Source of the DNA: a virus
Taxonomy: Duplodnaviria; Caudoviricetes
Virus record (IMG/VR): IMGVR_UViG_3300028585_000509
Location: 1 to 30,063 of that record
Direction: 5' to 3' (one strand)
Length of the DNA: 30,063 bases
In this document: positions 1-6,536 of the stretch, in pieces
Layout: each line of letters opens with the position of its first letter
How positions within the stretch are numbered: position 1 is the first letter of the stretch
Translations under genes and position numbers: made by a program
The notes under the pieces: generated by a model
Databases searched by the model: none
Told to the model about the DNA's origin: nothing
What the model saw: the letters and a program-made list of their open reading frames with translations, nothing else

Positions 1-252
1 CAATTTTGCCCACTGAAAAAATCAAAACCACAAGATAGCATGGGGTTTGCGCGGGAAAACAGGGTGGGGGAGATAATTGTGGGTGGGATACAGGGGTCAG
101 TTCGCCTGGCAAATTCACGTGATAGTATTGGTGAGGCGTTTAACCGGAGCCAGACATAGACGCGCATAGGACATATTAAATAGATTGAGTGGTTCGGGTG
201 AGGGTGAGGGAAAACGTGATAATCATGTTTCTGCAATCACGGCTTATAAATT

Positions 253-297
253 TGGTGGCCCCTGCTGGGTTTGAACCAGCGACCAAGCGATTATGAG
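253..297 (-). repeat. att core: 3' half of tRNA-Ile2(CAU), not an intact tRNA
   Basis: Minus strand reads CTCATAATCGCTTGGTCGCTGGTTCAAACCCAGCAGGGGCCACCA (anticodon loop, T-arm, CCA end); tRNA 5' half is absent; phage 186 uses this tRNA type. Confidence 0.9.
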
Positions 298-336
298 AAC
301 CATAGAAGTCAGCGGTAAAACAGTGATTTACAGTAA

Positions 337-349
337 AATCAATGATTTG
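337..349 (+). promoter_or_regulatory. IHF site in att arm
   Basis: AATCAATGATTTG matches WATCAANNNNTTR exactly, 40 bp from the core. Confidence 0.7.
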
Positions 350-353
350 TTTA

Positions 354-383
354 TCCAATGTCCACCGATATACGCCAATATCC
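354..383 (-). promoter_or_regulatory. Apl/Cox (excisionase) binding array in att arm
   Basis: 10-bp periodic GGATATTGGC/GTATATCGGT/GGACATTGGA; shares an exact 13-mer with the switch region at 3501-3513. Confidence 0.65.
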
Positions 384-392
384 TTTAGTTCA

Positions 393-411
393 TGCGACAC
401 TTTTGCGACAC
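393..411 (+). repeat. Probable integrase arm-type sites
   Basis: TGCGACAC direct repeat at 393-400 and 404-411, 11-bp period. Confidence 0.65.
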
Positions 412-1217
412 TAAAGGAGGTTCTGAGGTGTTAAAGTCAGTGAATCTTCTAACAGCGCGCTTTCCTTGATTAACGTTAATGATTCATATTTGAATATGCA
501 TAATGAGTTGTCAGTTAATGAGTAAGCAAAAGCTTTGTCTGATACGTTAGCTATAAACCGAAATTTTTCATTTTTGTTGTCTTTCTTACAAATTGATTCT
601 GATTTTACAATAAAGGAGTTTTTTCCTTTTAATATGTATCTGGCATTAACAGTGCCAGATACAAGCATAACCTGGGGCATCATAGATAAAGTTAGAATAA
701 TTGGAAATGCATATTTTCCAAAGCTGGCTCTAAGCTCTTTGACACCTAAAAGAAAGTGCCATATTGAAACGCATAAAATTAAAATTACTAAGTTTTTTAT
801 GATGCTTAGGGGGGTTGCTCGGTATGCATATGCAAGTAAACAAAACAAAACAGCCAATATAAAAACTAAAATTAATATAAATTTTGGCTTAATCTTTGTT
901 GCATGGCTCTCTATCTCATAACGTCCTGACTTTTCAAAGTTATCATTATATAGAACAACTTTATTTATTCTGGATTCAATTGCTCTGCCAAAGAATTCAG
1001 AGTTTATGAATAGTGATGCTATAAATACGTACGCTCCTAATGCTGCAATTGGCAGTGCTATAGATATAGCAATTGATGGAAGTAGGTCATTTATTGAGAT
1101 GTATTGCATAATATTTATATTAAAATAATCCCAAAAAGACCACTGGTAAATGATTCCATTAAAAATTGAGTATAAAGTAAAGGTCGCAAGAGAAAGGATT
1201 CGAATTTGATTATTCAT
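411..1217 (-). CDS. Accessory membrane protein, about 5 TM helices plus soluble C-terminal domain, unknown function
   Basis: 268 aa, very AT-rich, ATGA overlap with int stop, five hydrophobic segments. Confidence 0.85.
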   Translation of the reverse strand: MNNQIRILSLATFTLYSIFNGIIYQWSFWDYFNINIMQYISINDLLPSIAISIALPIAALGAYVFIASLFINSEFFGRAIESRINKVVLYNDNFEKSGRYEIESHATKIKPKFILILVFILAVLFCLLAYAYRATPLSIIKNLVILILCVSIWHFLLGVKELRASFGKYAFPIILTLSMMPQVMLVSGTVNARYILKGKNSFIVKSESICKKDNKNEKFRFIANVSDKAFAYSLTDNSLCIFKYESLTLIKESALLEDSLTLTPQNLL

Positions 1218-2233
1218 TTTTTTGCTAATGGGTTGAGTTTAATTGCATCATCAAGATGGTTTGGAGCAAAGTGCGCATACCTCATAGTCATCTTGATGTC
1301 CGTGTGGCCGAGGATTTTTTGCAATACTAAGATGTTGCCGCCATTCATCATGAAGTGACTTGCGAACGTGTGCCGCAATACATGGGTCAATTGGCCAGCA
1401 GGTAAATCAATGCCTGCCCGTTCAAGCGCAGAACGAAATGCATAATAGCAAGGGGAAAATAGATTCCCGTTTTTTTTCGGCAGCTCGGCAATCAATTCGG
1501 GATCAATCGGAATGGTGCGGTTACGTTTGCCTTTGGTTTTGATAAAAGTGATTTTGCCTGCTGATACCTGGCTGCGTTTCAGGCTTTCAACCTCACCCCA
1601 TCGAGCACCCGTTGCTAGGCATAATTTAGCGATTAGTTCTAAATCCTTTGCACTACTATTCCGGCATTCAGCTAAAAGCGAGTCAATTTGTTCCTCAGTT
1701 AAATAAGCCATTTCACTTTCATCAGTGCGAAAGTGGCGAACATTCTCCAAAGGGTTAGGGGCCGACCATTCACCCAGTCTTTTTAATTCATTAAACACTG
1801 CTAAAAAATAGGAGTGCTCAAGATTCATTGTTCGTGGCGAAACTTGGCTGATACGTTTAGTGCGAGCAAATTGGCCGTCTAATCTCTTAGCTCGATAAGT
1901 AGTAAACAACTGGGCGTTAAACTCAGTTGCTAATGGATGCCCCATACATTCAGCTGCCCATAACATTGAGCTTTTGCGTTTCTCACCATCCCGCAGGGTT
2001 ATACCGTGTCGTTCAAACCAAAGATGTACTAAATCAGTTAACTTACGCCGCTCCTTGGTTTCACCTAGCCAGGGGCTGTCGTCAATTTTTTGCAAGGTAT
2101 AATTTTCGAAGGCAAGCGCTTCCCCTTTCGTTGAGAACTTTTTACGGACGCGCCTGCCTTCTTTGCCATTGCTCCGATCAACAGTATAAAAATCGGCTAT
2201 CCACTGCCCATCGGATTGCTTGCGAACTGGCAT
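1214..2233 (-). CDS. int: Tyrosine integrase, 186/HP1 type
   Basis: Catalytic motifs TGARWGE, HVLRHT, LGH, MRYAH; next to att. Confidence 0.97.
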   Translation of the reverse strand: MPVRKQSDGQWIADFYTVDRSNGKEGRRVRKKFSTKGEALAFENYTLQKIDDSPWLGETKERRKLTDLVHLWFERHGITLRDGEKRKSSMLWAAECMGHPLATEFNAQLFTTYRAKRLDGQFARTKRISQVSPRTMNLEHSYFLAVFNELKRLGEWSAPNPLENVRHFRTDESEMAYLTEEQIDSLLAECRNSSAKDLELIAKLCLATGARWGEVESLKRSQVSAGKITFIKTKGKRNRTIPIDPELIAELPKKNGNLFSPCYYAFRSALERAGIDLPAGQLTHVLRHTFASHFMMNGGNILVLQKILGHTDIKMTMRYAHFAPNHLDDAIKLNPLAKK

Positions 2234-2235
2234 AA

Positions 2236-2802
2236 TTAACCATTCAGAATGCGTTGTTTTTGGACTTGGAATTCCTCATCTGTGAGAATTCCATCTTCTT
2301 TCATTTCGGCCAGGCGTTCGATCTTCGCCATTTGTTCATCAAACGACAATGATGTTTTAGCTTGTTGCTGTTCTGGCTTTGGTGGCTGGTTCTGATTATT
2401 GCGAGTTTCGTTTACTAAATTAGTGAAAGGGATAACTGAACCCTTCATGACATTTTTGATGGTATAATTCTGACCACTAGTTGAAATCATGATTTCACCA
2501 AGCAGCAGGCCAGTTTTACCACCAACACTTACGATGTTATTCAAGTTGATATCCACTTGTTTCACCCCGTAAAGCATTCCTTTATCTAGGAAAATCACAC
2601 GCTTATTGGTTAAAGTAATCAACCAGGTGTTGTTGTCCATCACTCCACTGGCAATAGCTAAAGGAGTTTCATCTACTCCAAGTATTTCAGGCAGATGATA
2701 GAATTCCTTTTTAGTTCCAAAAGGTGCATCGGAAACTACAGACGCAAGCCTTTTCATTTCTTTTTTCAAATCTTCTTTAGATGCTGTTTTGTAGTTTAAC
2801 AT
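2236..2802 (-). CDS. Bacterial PH-domain protein with C-terminal SHOCT domain
   Basis: bPH-like LITLTNKRVIFLDKG...GKTGLLLGEIMIST; Q/P linker; SHOCT-like IERLAEMKEDGILTDEEFQVQKQRIL. Confidence 0.8.
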   Translation of the reverse strand: MLNYKTASKEDLKKEMKRLASVVSDAPFGTKKEFYHLPEILGVDETPLAIASGVMDNNTWLITLTNKRVIFLDKGMLYGVKQVDINLNNIVSVGGKTGLLLGEIMISTSGQNYTIKNVMKGSVIPFTNLVNETRNNQNQPPKPEQQQAKTSLSFDEQMAKIERLAEMKEDGILTDEEFQVQKQRILNG

Positions 2803-2815
2803 TTAATATTACCTA

Positions 2816-3397
2816 TTATTTTATTGTAAGTACAACGCGTCCCAGTACGCTTATATCTTCAATAGAACAATCAAAAGCCATACCCACGCCACTAACTCTA
2901 ACCTTTTTAATAGGGATTCGAGTCAATGTCCTGACGCTGACTTTTCCTTCTATCTCCACCAACCATTCATCGTCATAAATTTCTGAAAACTGTTGATCAA
3001 CTATGTATTGAGTTGTCCCATCAACAACGCATATAGCTTCTTGGGGTATTTGTCTGCCCGGTAGAAACGAAGCTTTATCCAATAGATAAAATCCCGCTTC
3101 ATACAATTGGCCATCAACAATTTTACGACGGGATAACTTAAGAATGTCCAAAGCTTCATCAGTAAACTTAGGCCCACAACCTGTAGCTAACCATTCCAGA
3201 TTGGCACCTGTTTCTGCCATGCAACGAACAACAATATCCGCAGGAAAGCCACCACGTTTATACCTACCAGCCAGGCTGCTTGAAGCAATACCCAAGTGAT
3301 CAGCCAGCATGATTTTTGTACTAAAACCATAAGCCTCAATGACTCGGTCTAGAACTGGAGCACTCTCGCCACCCATATCAAATTGTAGTTTTTGCAT
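2816..3397 (-). CDS. cI: 186-type CI immunity repressor (193 aa from ATG 3397)
   Basis: N-terminal HTH (LADHLGIASSSLAGRYKRG), NLEWLATG motif, 186-CI-like C-terminal domain; GGAGG at 3403-3407 supports this start. Confidence 0.92.
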   Translation of the reverse strand: MQKLQFDMGGESAPVLDRVIEAYGFSTKIMLADHLGIASSSLAGRYKRGGFPADIVVRCMAETGANLEWLATGCGPKFTDEALDILKLSRRKIVDGQLYEAGFYLLDKASFLPGRQIPQEAICVVDGTTQYIVDQQFSEIYDDEWLVEIEGKVSVRTLTRIPIKKVRVSGVGMAFDCSIEDISVLGRVVLTIK

Positions 3398-3477
3398 AAG
3401 CACCTCCATCGCGTAAAGCTACATGGTTATTGACGTGTAGTTTTTTACGAGATAGCCTGTCTCCGTTATGTAGTTTT
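3384..3477. promoter_or_regulatory. Rightward lytic promoter (pR-like) with candidate CI half-sites
   Basis: TTGACG 3430-3435, 17 bp, TAGCCT 3453-3458; TGTAGTTTT at 3384, 3436, 3469 and an inverted variant at 3415-3423. Confidence 0.65.
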
Positions 3478-3480
3478 AAG

Positions 3481-3520
3481 CTATATTGGCTGATACTGAT
3501 GGATATTGGCGTATCCATTA
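3481..3520 (+). promoter_or_regulatory. Apl/Cox binding array in the switch
   Basis: 10-bp periodic CTATATTGGC/TGATACTGAT/GGATATTGGC, matching the att-arm array. Confidence 0.65.
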
Positions 3521-3539
3521 AACGAATGGAGTTTGCATT

Positions 3540-3761
3540 ATGCGTCCTAACATTACAATCGTGATCCCTGATCCTTACATCCCTTTAGACGAATATTGCC
3601 GCCGTACTGGCATGTCCAAAAGCACTGCTGAAAACCTGATTTCATACGGAAAGCTGCCTATCAAGCCCAAAGGTGCTCAAAAAAAAGGCTTGGTTGAAGT
3701 CAACATGGCTGCTCTGACCGTCATGGCATTAAGCGAATGCAACGTTTCGTTTAACGCGTAA
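3540..3761 (+). CDS. Apl/Cox-like excisionase-repressor
   Basis: 73 aa winged-helix type (YIPLDEYCRRTGMS...GKLPI...VNMAALTV); first lytic gene, divergent from cI. Confidence 0.85.
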   Translation: MRPNITIVIPDPYIPLDEYCRRTGMSKSTAENLISYGKLPIKPKGAQKKGLVEVNMAALTVMALSECNVSFNA

Positions 3762-3765
3762 TTCC

Positions 3766-3819
3766 AGGCTATCAATTCGTAGAGTGCTAAGCATGTACGA
3801 TTACAAGATTTCAGTACGA
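3766..3819 (-). promoter_or_regulatory. Candidate CII-activated establishment promoter pE
   Basis: Leftward extended -10 TGATAGCCT (3774-3766); GTACGA at 3795 and 3814 falls near -38 and -57, as for 186 pE. Confidence 0.45.
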
Positions 3820-4299
3820 AACCATCTTGATGATGCTTGCCGCCAGTTTTCACTGGCACACAACGTCACAGAACTGGCTAAAAAAGTAGGAATGCAACCG
3901 GCGACACTACGCAACAAGCTGAATCCGGATCAGTCGCACCAACTGACATTACCTGAGCTGCTGACGATCATCGATCTCACCGAAGACCCAACCATTCTGG
4001 ATGGTTTTCTTCGTCAGATTAATTGCCAGCCTTCTGTGCCGGTTAACAACGCCAGACCTGAAAACATGCAGTTTTGTGCATTAACTGCTGTGGCCAGCGT
4101 CGGGGTAATCGCTGGGGAAGCGGTTTCAACGGAAAAGATGACCGTTGCGCGCCGCAATCAAATTCTTAACAGAGCCAGTGATGCTATCCGCAGCCTGTCT
4201 TTACTCGTCTATTCCGTTGAAAGTCGTTTTCAAACCGTGCCGGTGTTGGCTGCTGCCGTTGATGTGGTAAGCGCCTCAATGCCTGGCATCGTGGTGTGA
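3793..4299 (+). CDS. cII: 186-type CII activator
   Basis: MYDYKIS..HLDDACRQF..LAKKVGMQPATLRNKLNPDQSHQLT resembles 186 CII; position after apl. Confidence 0.92.
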   Translation: MYDYKISVRNHLDDACRQFSLAHNVTELAKKVGMQPATLRNKLNPDQSHQLTLPELLTIIDLTEDPTILDGFLRQINCQPSVPVNNARPENMQFCALTAVASVGVIAGEAVSTEKMTVARRNQILNRASDAIRSLSLLVYSVESRFQTVPVLAAAVDVVSASMPGIVV

Positions 4300-4306
4300 G
4301 GTGAAC

Positions 4307-4459
4307 ATGTTCGTTTTCGTGAATCTGCTAAAGCGCCAGTCGCCATCGAAGCAGCTGCCTGCGTATGGGCACGGAACAATCCAGCTACCCAACGGCGCGC
4401 GCTGGAATCCAGCTTTAACCCGAAAAAATCATGAGGCAAAGCATGAATGCAAACGATGA
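4307..4459 (+). CDS. Fil-like (DUF2724) small protein, 50 aa, absent from the ORF track
   Basis: Hand translation MFVFVNLLKRQSPSKQLPAYGHGTIQLPNGARWNP... has the QSP..YGHG.I...G.RW.P signature; GAGG RBS. Confidence 0.75.
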   Translation: MFVFVNLLKRQSPSKQLPAYGHGTIQLPNGARWNPALTRKNHEAKHECKR

Positions 4460-4835
4460 AAAATGGCTGAGCGTGCTGCGCCAGATGGTTTCTGGTCACA
4501 GCACACAGGCATACAGCATCTGGGAACGGCTTAGCGAACATCAGCGCGGAATTATTCTGCACGCCGCAGGTTTAAAGGCGCGTCACTGCCGTTATTCGTG
4601 GAGCCAGTTCAATGACCACGAGTTACATCAGATTAAGCGTGGCCTGCAGCGTCTGAAGTGCATGGTTGAAATGTTCAAGGGGCTGGGGCCGCTGGCGTTT
4701 CAACAGGAAAAGAAACAATCACCGAGCGCGCTACACGCAGCGCGATCAGTCCCCACTGTACCGGGGACACCAGTACATGAACTGATAAAGGCGCGGCAGC
4801 AGCTGCGCAAACCCGCTGACAATCGCGCCCACTGA
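4431..4835 (+). CDS. Early protein, possibly Dhr/P2 gpB-like (start may be 4443)
   Basis: LSEHQRGIILHAAGLKARH resembles the Dhr/B core; syntenic after fil. Confidence 0.55.
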   Translation: MRQSMNANDEKWLSVLRQMVSGHSTQAYSIWERLSEHQRGIILHAAGLKARHCRYSWSQFNDHELHQIKRGLQRLKCMVEMFKGLGPLAFQQEKKQSPSALHAARSVPTVPGTPVHELIKARQQLRKPADNRAH

Positions 4836-4844
4836 GGAAATGTT

Positions 4845-5273
4845 ATGAATATCATCACCGTTGAAAAAAAAGGGCTGCTTGAAGATTTTCGCGACTGGGG
4901 CGTTAGCCCGGATTATGCGGAGTTCTTCCTGAGCAAGTGTGACACCGAAGGCGGCGCGGTCGCGCTAAAGCAATTCGTCTTCAATGACACTATTCACATG
5001 GACGACAAAATGCAGTGGCTACTGGTGAGTTCAGCTTTTTGGTGTCGTGCGTTTCGCGAAGCAGAATCCCACACGCAGCAGACAGAAGCACTGAGTGCAA
5101 TCCGCGCAATTTACTTTGCAGCTGGCTTTCTTGGAGCATCGCCAGTCGTGGCGCTTATCCGTTCATGGTGGAGCGTATCTTACGAATTACATTCGCTGTC
5201 ATCACCTAACCAGTCGCAGATGCATGTGAAGCCTTTCCGTTCCTCGATCCTTAATTCGCTGTTTAAGCACTAA
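4845..5273 (+). CDS. Hypothetical early protein
   Basis: 142 aa, GAGGA RBS, in operon. Confidence 0.75.
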   Translation: MNIITVEKKGLLEDFRDWGVSPDYAEFFLSKCDTEGGAVALKQFVFNDTIHMDDKMQWLLVSSAFWCRAFREAESHTQQTEALSAIRAIYFAAGFLGASPVVALIRSWWSVSYELHSLSSPNQSQMHVKPFRSSILNSLFKH

Positions 5274-5347
5274 TAACCCGTCGCACGTTTTTTTGGCTTT
5301 CCATCGGATAGCCGTGGTTTCGTGCGCTCTGAAATGGAGAAAACGCC

Positions 5348-5587
5348 ATGAGAATGACCCGTCAGGATTTAAAAAAAGAAGCGGCCGGCAGCACTGAACT
5401 GGTTCAGGAGCTGTGCAAGCAGGCGCGTGTTGAAGGTGGCAAGGATATGGCAACCAAGCTGTCGGGCCGCCTTGATCGTCTGGCCACGCACGCAGCCAAT
5501 CAAGGGCTGCCTGCTGTTGAGATTGTTGAACTGATCCGGCAGGAAGCCGAAGCCATTGACGGCAAAGGCGGTGCGCTATGGCAGTAA
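5348..5587 (+). CDS. DUF2732-family P2-like early protein
   Basis: LSGRLDRLATHAANQGLPAVEIVELIRQEAE; GGAG RBS. Confidence 0.8.
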   Translation: MRMTRQDLKKEAAGSTELVQELCKQARVEGGKDMATKLSGRLDRLATHAANQGLPAVEIVELIRQEAEAIDGKGGALWQ

Positions 5588-5712
5588 ACGCTGGAATGAA
5601 AAACAAAGGGAAATACATCGCGAAGTATCAATTTAAAAGCAGTGTTGAGTTCAGAGCACTGGCAAGCAGGACAGAATTGCAGAGTTACGTCCGTAAATAC
5701 TTTGCGAAGTGA
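5578..5712 (+). CDS. Possible 44-aa basic protein
   Basis: MAVNAGMKNKGKYIAKYQFKSSVEFRALASRTELQSYVRKYFAK; overlaps the DUF2732 end and stops just before a hairpin. Confidence 0.4.
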   Translation: MAVNAGMKNKGKYIAKYQFKSSVEFRALASRTELQSYVRKYFAK

Positions 5713-5716
5713 GCTG

Positions 5717-5738
5717 AAAAGGCGGCATCTGCCGCCTG
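5717..5738 (-). terminator. Intrinsic terminator for the counter-oriented gene
   Basis: AGGCGGCA-TC-TGCCGCCT dyad with a T-run on the minus strand. Confidence 0.7.
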
Positions 5739-5742
5739 AAGG

Positions 5743-6015
5743 CTATTTGAAAACAAACAATGAATCGTACTTACCGGGATTTAAATTATCTTTATGAACA
5801 TCTTCAAGGCCCAAACCAGCGATCGATTGTACCAGTGCGATATAAGCACTCAGACCATCAACTGTTATTACCCTGTAGACTTCGCCTCTTTCATTTTGAA
5901 CTGCAGTCACCATGGGCATACCACCCATTTCTTTCTTCGCCATTTTCTTAGCGATGGCATCAATTTTGTCGTCAATCGTCGCGCGCTCTACGCCATCAAG
6001 GTATGTGTCTTTCAT
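5743..6015 (-). CDS. Counter-oriented moron, 90-aa soluble protein of unknown function
   Basis: AAGGA RBS, AT-rich, own terminator. Confidence 0.75.
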   Translation of the reverse strand: MKDTYLDGVERATIDDKIDAIAKKMAKKEMGGMPMVTAVQNERGEVYRVITVDGLSAYIALVQSIAGLGLEDVHKDNLNPGKYDSLFVFK

Positions 6016-6218
6016 AAAAATTCCTTAAAAAATCTAAGTTTCCATTCGGGATTTGCTGTGCTGTTCAATGCGATGAAAATACTTTCTCATGCAGCGGGAA
6101 TGATGCCGGAATATTCAGGCCGGGGAAAGTGGGAGCAAGAGAGCTATAGGGTTAACAGTACTGCCTCGGAAACTTCCGCCGTAGGTATACCTGCTGCAAA
6201 AGTGGAGAGTGTAGCGCT

Positions 6219-6536
6219 ATGAGAGTCAGGATTGATGATGTTTATTTCCTGCGTGCGATCAGCCCTAAGCAGCCGGGTGGAAACATGCTTATTGCGCTGG
6301 AAAAACTGGGATGGGTGAAAGTCGATGGTATCCGGGAGCAAGTGCCGCAGACTATGGCCATTTACAGCAGTAAGATTCTGCTGCTGCGCGATCTCATTTC
6401 GGACGTTATCGGGCGGCTGGTGCTTCAGGGGGATATGGATACGTTCGCCGGATTCGTCAGTGAAACGCGACGTCTTACAGAGCTGACAGATGTTGCGTTT
6501 GAAAAGTTGAGCGCGCAGCAGGTTGTCAATGTCTGA
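6219..6536 (+). CDS. Early protein preceding gpA (possibly DUF5405-like)
   Basis: 105 aa, GGAG RBS, overlaps gpA start; family call rests on position and loose resemblance. Confidence 0.6.
   Translation: MRVRIDDVYFLRAISPKQPGGNMLIALEKLGWVKVDGIREQVPQTMAIYSSKILLLRDLISDVIGRLVLQGDMDTFAGFVSETRRLTELTDVAFEKLSAQQVVNV

Noticed and set aside
253-330. Intact tRNA gene
   Set aside because: Similarity stops at the anticodon loop; no D-arm or 5' acceptor strand
176-400. 74-aa minus-strand ORF
   Set aside because: Runs through att arm sites and the tRNA fragment; likely a chance ORF
5794-6222. 142-aa plus-strand ORF
   Set aside because: Mostly antisense to the better supported 5743-6015 gene; only the last 49 codons might be real
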